Counted from the first letter of the stretch, positions 20,599-30,821 are shown. The stretch: 64,000 bases of DNA from Nostoc sp. (GCF_036917815.1 NZ_JBALEK010000098.1:1915-65914), one strand, 5' to 3'. Made by a program: numbers and translations. Notes: generated by a model not told the origin, from the letters alone.

Positions 20599-21774
20599 CT
20601 ATGAAGACATTAATTGAGCTTTAAGGGCGTGTGTCCCACGCGCCTTTATATTTATACTTGCATTTAGATCACGACATAAACTGACTTTACAGTTAGGACA
20701 GTCATGAGTTCTTTGAGATAAAGTCTTTTTAACTCTAGTTCCACAGTTAGAACATTCAATACTTGTGCCATTTGGATTTATTGCAACTACTTTCAAACCA
20801 GCGTTTTCGGCTTTGACTGTAAGTATTGAAATAAATTGACTCCAAGCAGCGTCACTAACACTTTTAGCTAGTCTAGACTTAGCAAGACCTTTAATATTTA
20901 ATTTTTCAACAGCTATAACATCATAATTTTTTAGTAAATTATTAGCCGTTTTAAAGTGAAAATCTTTTCTGGTATCGGCAACTTTTTTATGTTGTTTTCC
21001 TAATTTAACAATTGCCTTTTTACGACGATTAGATCCTTTTTTACGTCTAGAAACTTTACGCTGTGCTGATTTTAATCTGCGTTCAGATTTTCGTAAAAAC
21101 TTAGGTGCTTTCACTTTAGATCCGTCTGAAGCAACATAAAAATCAATTAAACCAACATCAATACCAACAATATTATTAGCATTAAAGTCAGGCTTAATTG
21201 TTGGGACTGTTTGATCATCAAGACTTAGAGTGACATAGTAGCCATCAGCTTTTTTGGTGACAGAAACAGTTTTAATCTTAAATCCGTCTGGTATTTGTCG
21301 ATGAACAATTACTTTTACACTACCAATTTTTGAAAGGGTAATTCTGTTGTTAATGAAATGAGCTTGATTAAATTGTGAGTAAGTAAAAGTTTTGTACTGA
21401 CCTTTACCCTTAAAACGTGGTTTACCAGATTTTTTACCGTTAACATCTCCTTTGATCCAACGATCAAAAGTAATTTCAACTTTTTTAGGTATTTCTTGTA
21501 AGACTTGAGAGTGGATATCTTTATACCAGGGTCTATCCTTTTTAAGTTGGACTAAAGAAGCCTTTTGGCTGTAATAATTCGGTTGATTTTTTAATTCTGG
21601 TAGGTGAGAAACGATTAAAGAGCATCGGTCTATTGAACACCTGTTCATTTCATACCAATCAAATCTTTGAGCAAGCTGATAATTATATTGATATCTAAGC
21701 ATTTCAAGCGTATTATCAATCTTTTCAGCCTGTTCTTTATTTGGTTTAATTTTGTACTGGTAAGATGTTTTCAC
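20599..21774 (-). CDS. tnpB: RNA-guided endonuclease TnpB
   Basis: N-terminal HTH, RuvC D (VGIDVG), E (IAVEKL), D (CRDLNA), zinc finger CSNC/CPNC. Confidence 0.95.
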   Translation of the reverse strand: MKTSYQYKIKPNKEQAEKIDNTLEMLRYQYNYQLAQRFDWYEMNRCSIDRCSLIVSHLPELKNQPNYYSQKASLVQLKKDRPWYKDIHSQVLQEIPKKVEITFDRWIKGDVNGKKSGKPRFKGKGQYKTFTYSQFNQAHFINNRITLSKIGSVKVIVHRQIPDGFKIKTVSVTKKADGYYVTLSLDDQTVPTIKPDFNANNIVGIDVGLIDFYVASDGSKVKAPKFLRKSERRLKSAQRKVSRRKKGSNRRKKAIVKLGKQHKKVADTRKDFHFKTANNLLKNYDVIAVEKLNIKGLAKSRLAKSVSDAAWSQFISILTVKAENAGLKVVAINPNGTSIECSNCGTRVKKTLSQRTHDCPNCKVSLCRDLNASINIKARGTHALKAQLMSS

Positions 21775-21839
21775 ATTTTTATTGCTTTTTCGACCTGTAA
21801 ATAGTATAACATGAATGTATAGTCAATGTGTAGATAATT

Positions 21840-21995
21840 ATGAAAAACAAAGCATTAAATTTAAGGATATCTGAAAGGCGTTTAAATAAGTTACGCTTAT
21901 ACTCGGTTCAAAAAGATATGACAATGACAAGGATTTTAGAAGATTTTATAGACTCTTTAAAACTTGAAAATGGTGATTCATCATCGACACCTTAA
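21840..21995 (+). CDS. 51-aa ribbon-helix-helix (CopG-like) protein, absent from the ORF track
   Basis: Translated by hand: MKNKALNLRISERRLNKLRLYSVQKDMTMTRILEDFIDSLKLENGDSSSTP; beta-helix-helix pattern; 65 bp from the tnpB start, inside the IS ends. Confidence 0.75.
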   Translation: MKNKALNLRISERRLNKLRLYSVQKDMTMTRILEDFIDSLKLENGDSSSTP

Positions 21996-22467
21996 CTAAT
22001 TTAAACCTGTGGTTTAAATTAGTTAAGGTATCAATTCTTCATCACCCAAAAATTCATCCCACACTCCCCTTCGGGTGAGATGTGGGGCTTCTTTTCGTTT
22101 GAGCTAAAACCTTTTTACCTCCTGCCTGATCTCGACGACAAATTGCATTCATGCGCTGACGGATATATTGGCGGATTTCGTGTGAGTATACCTATATTCA
22201 TAGGCAGATAGGAATATGCTTTACCGCTCTCATCTCAGCAATTAGATAGTTGAAAAGAGATTTGCCTAAATGTTTTAATGTCATTACAGTTGTTTTCAGG
22301 TAAATAGACCACGCTGTAGAGGCAATTCATGAATTGCCCTAACGACAGATATGGTTTAAATACATCTACATGAAAGAATTTGCAATTAAATCTCAGCCTA
22401 TTCTCAGTAGGCCGACGCGGCAACTTTTGTAAGTTAATAATTTTTAGCTAAGTGGCAATTTCAAATC

Positions 22468-22740
22468 ATGGAAAATACATTAGTTGATAAAACCTTCCGT
22501 GACGGCAATGGCAAAATTGTTTTAGCTCAGATGCCAAACCTACCACTTATTGTTTGGATAGTAGCTAGTTTACTATCTCTAATTTTTACAAGTGGTAAAA
22601 CCAATACGGTTTTAGACTTACTGGCAAATGGCTCCTTGTTTACTTGGGCTTGGCTAGAATTATTTCAAGGTGTTAATTATTTTCGGAGAGCGCTAGGTCT
22701 TGCCGTATTGATTGGTATTATCGCCTCAAAAATTATGTAA
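22468..22740 (+). CDS. Small hypothetical membrane protein (90 aa)
   Basis: ATG start, three hydrophobic segments, protein-like composition. Confidence 0.7.
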   Translation: MENTLVDKTFRDGNGKIVLAQMPNLPLIVWIVASLLSLIFTSGKTNTVLDLLANGSLFTWAWLELFQGVNYFRRALGLAVLIGIIASKIM

Positions 22741-23022
22741 TTATAACAATAAATATGTTCCCGAACACATCATTACTTATGCGAAGTTAAAAATATGACT
22801 AAAGTCATACTGTAATTATGACTTTTTTACACTGTGTCTTTTGATCTAGTATTTTAAACTGAGAGTAATACAGCAAATCAATTAAGTAGGGGCAATACAT
22901 GAATTGCTCCTCCAGTAAATAAGGGTTTCGGCTATTGTTTGCCTAAGTCCTTAATATATGTCCACAAATTGTTGAGAGATGCTGTAGAAAACTTAAGCAA
23001 ATTAATTAATGGAGATTTGAAC

Positions 23023-23247
23023 ATGAAACGTATCATCTTAGGTGCATTACTTGCTCTCCCATTTGCAATTTCTTCCTTACCATCACAGGCATCAGCAGCA
23101 GAGATAATTGTCAAACCGAGCGGACATACATTTGTTGCTGCCCGATATCAACGGAGGTTAATTCCTGCACATTGGCAAACAGTACGGCGTGGTCACAGGT
23201 TGGTTAAAGTTCGTGTTCCGGCTCGTTATGTAAATGTAAGAGTTTAA
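23023..23247 (+). CDS. Small secreted basic protein (74 aa)
   Basis: GGAGA RBS, ATG at 23023, Sec signal ending ASA, Arg/Val-rich mature part. Confidence 0.7.
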   Translation: MKRIILGALLALPFAISSLPSQASAAEIIVKPSGHTFVAARYQRRLIPAHWQTVRRGHRLVKVRVPARYVNVRV

Positions 23248-23258
23248 TATCTCGAATA

Positions 23259-23295
23259 GAGACTAACAACTCTAATAGAGTTGTTAGTCTCTACT
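23259..23295. terminator. Hairpin after the small secreted protein gene
   Basis: tagagactaacaactcta-a-tagagttgttagtctcta perfect IR. Confidence 0.55.
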
Positions 23296-23367
23296 AGGGA
23301 AAACTTTGCTTAATGACAAGACTTATAAAGTGAATAAAAGCATCTTGATTGAGTCAATTTAATTAAC

Positions 23368-24309
23368 ATGAACATATATAAAAATTCTCGAATTCTTAAA
23401 AAACTTCTTATATTTCTACTTACAGCTACTTTAGCGACAGCCTGTAATTCTATCAAGGCTGAAGAAACAAGTATAACTAAAGAAAAAATCGTCAGTGGTG
23501 ATAATTATGGAGAGCTACAGAATCAAGGAAAGTTACGTACTTACTATTTTTACACTCCAAAATCTTATAATCCAGACCGCCCGATGCCCTTAGTTTTAGT
23601 GTTTCATGGAGATGATGGTAGTGGTCGGTCTATAAGTAATGTAACTCGGTTCAATGAATTAGCAGATAAAAAAGGATTTATTGTTGTTTATCCAGATGGA
23701 ATTAACCAAAAATGGAGCCTTAGAGGTAACGCTCAAGGAAGGGTAGATGATGTTTTGTTTGTCAGTGCTTTGCTAGATCATCTGAAGCAGCAAATGAATA
23801 TTGATGGTCATAAAGTTTATGCCACCGGCTTTTCTAGAGGTGGAATACTTACCCAAGCACTGGCTTGTAAGTTACCTGATAAAATTGCTGGTTTTGCATC
23901 AGTAGCAGGTTCGCTCCCAGTTAGACTCAAACCTAATTGCCAACCTCCAACTCCCGTATCGATGTTAATGATTAACGGTACAAACGATCGCGATGTACTT
24001 TATGAAGGTGATGACCACACTCAACGAGGAGCGCTGGTTTCGATCTCAGATATGGTAGACTTTTGGCGATCGCACGATCAATGTACCTCATCAAGTGGAT
24101 CTTTGCAGTTTTCTGAAGATAAAGTGAAAACCTCTCTCTACAAAGGTTGTATGGGTAATTCAGAAGTCTGGGAGCTAGCGGTAGTAAACGGTGGACATTT
24201 CTGGCCTGGTGGTTTTTCAACTGACAAGAGCCTAAATAAATTCAATGCTAAACTGGGGCTGAACGCCAGTGAAACAATTTGGAACTTTTTTCAACGTCAC
24301 AGTCAGTAG
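23368..24309 (+). CDS. Secreted alpha/beta-hydrolase esterase (LpqC / PHB depolymerase family), probable lipoprotein
   Basis: LATAC lipobox, LVFHG, GFSRGG nucleophile elbow, GTND, GGHFWPG. Confidence 0.85.
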   Translation: MNIYKNSRILKKLLIFLLTATLATACNSIKAEETSITKEKIVSGDNYGELQNQGKLRTYYFYTPKSYNPDRPMPLVLVFHGDDGSGRSISNVTRFNELADKKGFIVVYPDGINQKWSLRGNAQGRVDDVLFVSALLDHLKQQMNIDGHKVYATGFSRGGILTQALACKLPDKIAGFASVAGSLPVRLKPNCQPPTPVSMLMINGTNDRDVLYEGDDHTQRGALVSISDMVDFWRSHDQCTSSSGSLQFSEDKVKTSLYKGCMGNSEVWELAVVNGGHFWPGGFSTDKSLNKFNAKLGLNASETIWNFFQRHSQ

Positions 24310-24496
24310 TCCGAAAAGTTTTGCAAACAGCTAACGGGGAAGCAAGCTACAAGAACAAACGATTAGAGATATCAGTGAAAAAGAATGTAGAGACGTAGCA
24401 GTGCTACATCTCTACACGGATTCTGAATAAAGTTGGTTTACTATGTTTAAGGCTAGAATTTATTTGAAATCTCCTGAAGAAGCGGAGTAAACCATT

Positions 24497-24907
24497 TTAT
24501 TTAAGAGCTTCTAAAGTCCGGCGTCCAATTATTCCGTCTGCTCTCAATCCTTTAGATTTCTGAAATTTGATTACTGCTGCACGAGTCCTGTTATCAAACA
24601 CACCATTCACATTTGCTGTATAGAATCCTTGCTGCTTTAAAGAATTCTGAGCAGTTTTCACTGTCTCTCCCCTGCTACCTACTGTAAGTACATTACGAGT
24701 ACTACGCCTTGCCATAGTATTGCCGTTATGCTTGGCATTCGGCTTGTGCATAGCACCAGGCTTTTTCATCATGCTGCTTTGGGGAGTACTTTGGGCGATC
24801 TGGGTAGCAGTAGCCGGATTTTGGCTTTTATTATTAGTCAAAGAATAAGCAGGCAGAGCCGCAGCTAGAGTCAAAGCAGGGAGCAAAGCAAGTACTTTCC
24901 AATTCAT
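24497..24907 (-). CDS. Secreted peptidoglycan-binding domain protein
   Basis: Signal peptide from MNWKVLALL; C-terminal PG_binding_1 GSRGETV..QNSL..G.F...T..AV.KFQ...GL.ADGIIG..T. Confidence 0.85.
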   Translation of the reverse strand: MNWKVLALLPALTLAAALPAYSLTNNKSQNPATATQIAQSTPQSSMMKKPGAMHKPNAKHNGNTMARRSTRNVLTVGSRGETVKTAQNSLKQQGFYTANVNGVFDNRTRAAVIKFQKSKGLRADGIIGRRTLEALK

Positions 24908-25239
24908 CTTTTTGTTCCTTCCAACTATATGAAATTTTGCAATTTGGATTTGAAGAGTCATCTTTATAAGGGCTTGTACCTTATAGTGATTATCGTCAGT
25001 AGACTCTGGTGTGTGGGTTTAGTATAAGACTATTTTCTAACCCAGAACTATAGCATCACACATCGTATTGACAAAGCTATTGCAAAATCATGACAAAAGC
25101 ATGACTAAATTGATTAAGATTTATGTTGCATCAGGTCGCGCTCTTGATTTATGAAAATTCCCTAATATCATTCTGGATAGCAACTTTTCCAGTCACTCGG
25201 CATTGGGCGACCTTTTCCAGGCAAAATTAGGTGGTATTC

Positions 25240-25311
25240 CAATACGGTTCGGTTAAGGCAAGAGACGCGATTAGCGACGTGTCATCAAAAAACCTGATCC
25301 GAACCGTATTG
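25240..25311. mobile_element. 72-bp MITE (CAATAC-end family) with 10-bp TSD
   Basis: caatacggttcgg / ccgaaccgtattg; TSD GGTGGTATTC at 25230-25239 and 25312-25321. Confidence 0.88.
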
Positions 25312-25531
25312 GGTGGTATTCCTGTAATTTTGACTTCGGCTCCTGGTAAATATGATGGGCTAGACCTACGCAGTTTGTCACTGTTAATCCAATAGCTCGA
25401 ATTCTTTGCACCTGTACATTGTTACCGAGCTATCCGCGCCGAGAAACTCCACCCCAGGTGTCTGTAGAGGGATAGCCGCCCCGCCGCTTTAGTCATTAGT
25501 CAAAAGTCATTGGTCATTGGTACTAATGACT

Positions 25532-25565
25532 AAAAACTCCATCCCGCAAGTGGGGTGGAGTTTTT
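25532..25565 (-). terminator. Intrinsic terminator after the NDH-2 gene
   Basis: aaaaactccatccc-gcaagt-ggggtggagttttt stem with T tails, a few bp past the stop. Confidence 0.7.
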
Positions 25566-25571
25566 TATCAA

Positions 25572-26942
25572 TCAAAGCTCTTTTTTATCCTCCGAACCCA
25601 ACATTTTCAATAACTTTCTCGCAACTAAAATGCCTACAACTCCCGCGCCAACCACCTCCACTGCTTGGACAACTTTTTTGCCCACATCTTTAGGGTCAAG
25701 GTGGTGATGAAAAATCTCTTCATCCAGCCATTCAGTAGCAGCTTTAAAATCATGAATTGGAGTTGGTAATAGCGTTAAATAAGTGGCTTGACGGATTAAA
25801 TGTCCGGCTTGGCCTGCAACTTCAAAAACATCCAAAAGGTTAGCAGCAGCATCATTTAACCCCAATTTTAAGAGAGTTCCGCGTATATTTACCTTTACTG
25901 GTTTGAGGTCTTCGCCCAACGCTAATGCTTTCAAATTTTGGGCAATATTAGCACCTTGCTGATAAGCAACTTGGGCTGTTGACGATAGTGGTTTATCCTG
26001 AACTGCTGCACAATCCCCGCCTGCAAAGACTTCTGGAAAGTCGAGTAGTTGCATTGTGGGAGTAACTAAAAGGCGATCGCTATGATCTCGATGTTCTGGG
26101 GAAATTGGTAAATCTTTAATCAGTGGATTAATAGAAGTACCAGCTGTCCAGATTGTGGTATGGGTTAGCAATGTCTCAATTTGCTCATTACGCTTATATT
26201 CAATGGCGTTGGCGTGAATAGTAGTGGCTTCTGCACCCGTAATAATTTCAATTGGTCTAGTGCGTTTTTGTAATTCTTTCTCAGCAATTTCGCGCAGAGG
26301 AGCGTTAACATCACCGTTGAGGATTTCTTTACCGTGATTGAGCAACACCACACGGATTTCATCAGAATTTCCTCCCAAAGCAGTATACCAATGTGGGAGT
26401 AAATCAGCTAAGGTACCTGCCATTTCTACACCACTTGCACCGCCACCAACTATGACTACTGTTAGCAGTTGACGACGTTGTTCTGGATCTTGAGTTTGTA
26501 CCGCTTGTTGCAAGCAGTCGCGCAAATGACGATCAATAGCGATCGCATCTTCTTGTGTCCAAAAAGGTAAAGCGTATTCTTTAGCACCTTCAACATGACG
26601 ATAACCAGTAATGCTACCCAAGGCTAAGACTAAGTTACTGTAGTTGTAAGAGTTTCCCGAAGCTAATTTGACTTGTTGTTGATGCAAGTCTATTGATTGC
26701 ACTGCATCTTGAACAAAGATCACACCACTACCTTTAAGCAATTCGGAAAAACGCGGTACTACTTGAAAAGCATCCATCTCGCCACTGAAATATTCGTAGA
26801 GTAAGGGCTTAAAGCAAAAGCGCTCATTTTGATCGATCAAAATTACCGAGCGAGGATAATTTTCATGAGCTAAGTTTAAGGCTGTGAATAAGCCTGTGAA
26901 CCCACCACCGACAATGACAGTTTGATAAACTGGGCTGTTCAT
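25572..26942 (-). CDS. NAD(P)/FAD-dependent oxidoreductase, type-2 NADH dehydrogenase family
   Basis: Two Rossmann motifs (VGGGFTG, VGGGASGVE), FKPLLYE, FAGGDCA, AQVAYQQG. Confidence 0.88.
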   Translation of the reverse strand: MNSPVYQTVIVGGGFTGLFTALNLAHENYPRSVILIDQNERFCFKPLLYEYFSGEMDAFQVVPRFSELLKGSGVIFVQDAVQSIDLHQQQVKLASGNSYNYSNLVLALGSITGYRHVEGAKEYALPFWTQEDAIAIDRHLRDCLQQAVQTQDPEQRRQLLTVVIVGGGASGVEMAGTLADLLPHWYTALGGNSDEIRVVLLNHGKEILNGDVNAPLREIAEKELQKRTRPIEIITGAEATTIHANAIEYKRNEQIETLLTHTTIWTAGTSINPLIKDLPISPEHRDHSDRLLVTPTMQLLDFPEVFAGGDCAAVQDKPLSSTAQVAYQQGANIAQNLKALALGEDLKPVKVNIRGTLLKLGLNDAAANLLDVFEVAGQAGHLIRQATYLTLLPTPIHDFKAATEWLDEEIFHHHLDPKDVGKKVVQAVEVVGAGVVGILVARKLLKMLGSEDKKEL

Positions 26943-27070
26943 AAAATATTCTCCAAAGTCTCAGGAATTTTCTCGGATGTTACGCACTTAGATTCAGAGT
27001 TTTTGTCTCATATAGAGGCGCAAAGAAAGAGTCTAAAAATAGAAAAGACAAATGACCAATAACAAATTCG

Positions 27071-27316
27071 CTATATGAATAAAAACAAACCAATTAAAAA
27101 GATACTGAGGATAATAGCAAACCCAATAGCATATTCTACTCTGCGACTAAAAAATCCTACAGCAGCAATTAGAGCGATCGCTAGCCCAATAATGCCAATA
27201 TATTGCTCTTTTTGTAACCCACGGGCAATGAGTGGGTCTTTACCTGGTGCTGGTGTTTCTTGAATTGCTTTTGGGGCGAGTTCTGATGCTGGTAGTTCTT
27301 GGATGAATAAATTCAT
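27071..27316 (-). CDS. Small 2-TM membrane protein (81 aa) downstream of oxidase subunit III
   Basis: AGGAG RBS, ATG at 27316, two hydrophobic helices. Confidence 0.7.
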   Translation of the reverse strand: MNLFIQELPASELAPKAIQETPAPGKDPLIARGLQKEQYIGIIGLAIALIAAVGFFSRRVEYAIGFAIILSIFLIGLFLFI

Positions 27317-27354
27317 AAAGTTACTCCTGAAAATACTTGGGCTTTCTGAATAGT

Positions 27355-28020
27355 TTATGCTTTCCACAGGTAGAGAAGTGAGAAAAGGAAGACCCAAACT
27401 ACATCAACAAAGTGCCAAAATAGAGTGGTGGCGCTTGTACCGAAGTGAGTCTTATTATAATTGCCTGGAATGAATGACCGAATCAGCATAATTATCTGAA
27501 GCACAACACCAGCTAGAACGTGTAAACCGTGGAAACCTGTCAATAAGTAGAATGTAGAACCAACTAATCCGGTAGTGAGCTTGAAATCAAGATTTTTCCA
27601 CTCAATTAATAGACCAATTAAGAAGTAAGTTCCCATTGCGATCGTTGTCAGCCATAGCCAGCGAAATTTCTTCAGTTTATTACGCTTGAGAGCATTTTCT
27701 GCTATTTGAATAACAAAGCTGCTAGAAAGTAATACTACCGTATTAATCATCACGGCTTTAGACAATTCTGGGCCAGAAATACCGGGCGGTAGCCAGTTAG
27801 TAGTATTCAGTCGCAGAGCAACATAAGTAAAGATGAAACTCAAAAAAATGATGCTTTCTGACAGCAGGAACACGGTAAACCCGAACATTCCTTTGCCATG
27901 ATGATCTTCATGACTCCCGCCACCACTTGGCAAGAAGCGCTGTAACCAATTCGGTAAGCGTCGCCGCCACTGATCAAAACGGATCGGACTTTCATCTACA
28001 TGGATGCTGCGATGTTGCAT
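27355..28020 (-). CDS. ctaE: Heme-copper oxidase subunit III
   Basis: FLLSES, LTGFHGLHV, FWHFVDVVW. Confidence 0.92.
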   Translation of the reverse strand: MQHRSIHVDESPIRFDQWRRRLPNWLQRFLPSGGGSHEDHHGKGMFGFTVFLLSESIIFLSFIFTYVALRLNTTNWLPPGISGPELSKAVMINTVVLLSSSFVIQIAENALKRNKLKKFRWLWLTTIAMGTYFLIGLLIEWKNLDFKLTTGLVGSTFYLLTGFHGLHVLAGVVLQIIMLIRSFIPGNYNKTHFGTSATTLFWHFVDVVWVFLFSLLYLWKA

Positions 28021-28214
28021 GATTTTGGCGATTGGGATTGAATAATTTATAACTATGACCTCTCTCCAAACCTCTCTCCTTTTAGGAGAGAGGCTTTGAA
28101 ATCTTACTCCCCTTCCCTTGTAGGGAAGGGGCTGGGGGTTAGGTCTGTATTGAACTCAACTGAGAACGGCTATATATATCTGATTCCCAGTCGCCATTCC
28201 CCAATCCCTATTCC

Positions 28215-29876
28215 CTAGTCAGACTCACCATTATCAGAATTTTCCACGAATGAGTATTTGGGATCGCCGTAGTCGTAAGGAGGTCTGTTGACAACAGGAA
28301 TCTCTTCAAAGTTATCTCGTGGTGGTGGTGAAGAAGTTGTCCATTCCAATCCTGTAGCGTGCCAGGGATTATCAACTGCCTTCGCTCCATATAGCCAGGA
28401 ACCGACAATGTTAGCAATAAATGGCAGCGTAGATGCTCCCAGTAAGAATGACCCAAGGCTAGCGATGACGTTCCAACCCTGATACTGGGGATCGTAGGAG
28501 GAAACTCGCCGCAGCATCCCTTGCAAACCTAATGGGTGCATGGAAAAGAAGGTGATATTGGCAGGAATAAAGGTCAACCAGAAATGCAGCTTACCCCAAC
28601 CTTCAGCGTACATTCTTCCAGTTATTTTGGGAAACCAAAAGTAAATGGCTGCAAAAATTGCCATCGTGATGGTATTAAAAACGATGTAGTGGAAGTGACC
28701 CACGACAAAGTAAGTATTATTGACGTGGATATCAAATGGGGTGGCGGCAAGCATTACACCTGTGACACCACCAAAAATAAACATCGCTGCACCTCCCATT
28801 GCAAATAGCATTGGTGTCTCTAGGTGCAATTTGCTCCTCCAGATTGTGGCAGTCCAAGCAAATGCCTTAACACCAGTGGGTATGGCTACTAACATTGAAG
28901 TAGCCATGAAGGTCATCCGCATCCAGCCGGGGGTTGCACTGGTGAACATGTGATGTACCCAAACAAAGATGCTAATCACAGCAATACCTAAAGTGGCGAT
29001 CGCCACTGACCGATAACCAAATAGAGGATTGCGAGAAAAGGCTGGCAGAACTTCCGCAATAATACCGAAGGCTGGTAGTGCCATGATATAAACTGCTGGG
29101 TGTGAATAAAACCAGAATAAATGCTGGTAAATGATGGGGTCGCCACTTCCTTCAGGTTTAAAAAATTGTGTCCCGAAGGAGAGGTCAAGTAACAGTAGTA
29201 TCAATGCCGCCGTCAAGGAAGGCAAATTAATTAACTGCAACATTTGGGCACTAAAAACCGACCACACAAAGACCGGCATTCGGAAAAATGTCATCCCTGG
29301 TGCCCGCATCCAAAAGATGGTAGTTACAAAGTTGACAGCCCCCATAATTGAAGAGATGCCGATTAGCACTAGGCTAACTATCCAAATAAATTGACCGTTA
29401 ATCAAGTGACCGGCCAGAACTTGCAGACTAACTGGTGGATAAGACCACCAACCAGCTTGTGCAGTGCCGTTAGGTAGCAAGAAGCTAGACAGTAGGAGAA
29501 GACCGGCTGGTGGTAGAATCCAAAAAGAGATGGCGTTGAGCAGGGGAAAAGCCATATCCCGCGCTCCAATCATCAGTGGCACTAGGTAGTTAGAAAGACC
29601 TGCATTGAAGGGAATAATCCACAGGAAAATCATGATTGTCCCGTGCATGGTGAATAAACCATTGTAGAGGGGGCGGTCAACTAAATTTGATTCTGGGGTG
29701 AGTAATTCCGCCCGGATAATCATCGCCAACAGCCCGCCGAGAAGAAAGAAAATGAAGGTCATCACCATGTACTGAACACCGATCACTTTATGATCAGTGC
29801 TGAAGCTGAAATATTCCCGCCAGTTATTCTCAGGTTCTCTATTATTGGCTATAGCTTCACTCAAATCATGTGTCAT
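28215..29876 (-). CDS. ctaD: Heme-copper oxidase subunit I
   Basis: MHGTIM, WFYSHPAVY, VWVHHMF, VVGHFHY; complete heme/CuB ligand set. Confidence 0.96.
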   Translation of the reverse strand: MTHDLSEAIANNREPENNWREYFSFSTDHKVIGVQYMVMTFIFFLLGGLLAMIIRAELLTPESNLVDRPLYNGLFTMHGTIMIFLWIIPFNAGLSNYLVPLMIGARDMAFPLLNAISFWILPPAGLLLLSSFLLPNGTAQAGWWSYPPVSLQVLAGHLINGQFIWIVSLVLIGISSIMGAVNFVTTIFWMRAPGMTFFRMPVFVWSVFSAQMLQLINLPSLTAALILLLLDLSFGTQFFKPEGSGDPIIYQHLFWFYSHPAVYIMALPAFGIIAEVLPAFSRNPLFGYRSVAIATLGIAVISIFVWVHHMFTSATPGWMRMTFMATSMLVAIPTGVKAFAWTATIWRSKLHLETPMLFAMGGAAMFIFGGVTGVMLAATPFDIHVNNTYFVVGHFHYIVFNTITMAIFAAIYFWFPKITGRMYAEGWGKLHFWLTFIPANITFFSMHPLGLQGMLRRVSSYDPQYQGWNVIASLGSFLLGASTLPFIANIVGSWLYGAKAVDNPWHATGLEWTTSSPPPRDNFEEIPVVNRPPYDYGDPKYSFVENSDNGESD

Positions 29877-30789
29877 TATTTATCTTCCTTTCATTGGCTA
29901 CGGCAGGTTGTGCAGGTGTGACGGTGTACCAACCGCTTTTAAATAATGTCTTTGGTGGTTGGATATTTTCGGCAACTGCCTGATTTGGAGCGAAAGTGCG
30001 ATCGCTAGACACTGTTTGCGCGAGCCACTGACTATACTTATCAAGGGATTCAACATACACATCTGCTTCCATCAAGGCAAAGTAAGCACCACTGAATTGA
30101 GAATCTTTCAGTCGATATTTACCTTGACGAATGGGTGTGATCACAATTTCAATGTTCCGCCCTGGAATAATATCTTGCTTTAAGCGAAACTCAGGAACGT
30201 AGAAGCCGTGGATTACTTTCTCTGCTTGCATCTTTAAGCGAGTGCTGCGATTGAGCGGCAAGTGTAATTCCTTGCTGGTAACATTATTGGGATAGCGAAA
30301 AGACCAATCCCATTGCCTAACGAAAACATCAATTGTTTCAGATGCAGGTTTGGGGATGTCGCTGACGTTGGCAGCGTAGGCGGGTGCAGATTCTAGGGGT
30401 GTGTGCAAATGCACAATTTGATTTAAACCCAAAATATTTAACTGCTGATAAATATTGAAGCTTTGAAAGGCAATCCATATTACTAACAAAGTCGGGGTAG
30501 CTGTCCACAATATTTCTAGCCTCCCATCACCTCTAGAGGGGTGTCCCTCGGTGTAGTCTTCGGGGGGGGCGCGATGGAAGGCGATCGCATACACCATCAC
30601 ACCAACCAGCCCAAGTAAAATGAATACTCCAATTGAGACTAAAAAGCTAAATAAATCATCTACCCGTTGGGATTCTGCTGTCGCCTGGGGAGGCATCCAA
30701 GAAAACGCTTGCTGTCCAATCCACCGACTGACAATCATCAGCACTGCTACATAAATCGCTATTAGTACATATTCAAAAATGCTAAACAT
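29866..30789 (-). CDS. ctaC: Heme-copper oxidase subunit II lacking the CuA motif (ARTO/cox3-type)
   Basis: The CxExCGxxHxxM position reads DSQFSGAYFALM; VIHGF and QWDWSF retained. Confidence 0.9.
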   Translation of the reverse strand: MFSIFEYVLIAIYVAVLMIVSRWIGQQAFSWMPPQATAESQRVDDLFSFLVSIGVFILLGLVGVMVYAIAFHRAPPEDYTEGHPSRGDGRLEILWTATPTLLVIWIAFQSFNIYQQLNILGLNQIVHLHTPLESAPAYAANVSDIPKPASETIDVFVRQWDWSFRYPNNVTSKELHLPLNRSTRLKMQAEKVIHGFYVPEFRLKQDIIPGRNIEIVITPIRQGKYRLKDSQFSGAYFALMEADVYVESLDKYSQWLAQTVSSDRTFAPNQAVAENIQPPKTLFKSGWYTVTPAQPAVANERKINNDT

Positions 30790-30821
30790 AATAATCTTAT
30801 ATAAGAGTGCTTTCCGCTTGA

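Larger units (their letters stand above)
20546..22109 (-). mobile_element. IS200/IS605-family element: tnpB plus divergent RHH gene, no tnpA
   Basis: Subterminal hairpins ccacacactc..gagtgtggg (20556-20582) and cccacactc..gagatgtggg (~22058-22087). Ends are defined by comparison with copies at 48404 and 60246; right end reads ...GTATGTCAC. Confidence 0.85.

Noticed and set aside
25121-25480. Possible decayed ORF or structured RNA around the 72-bp MITE
   Set aside because: Removing the MITE gives short frames with stops on both strands; I recognise no family and cannot support the gctatcc/ggatagc stem further.
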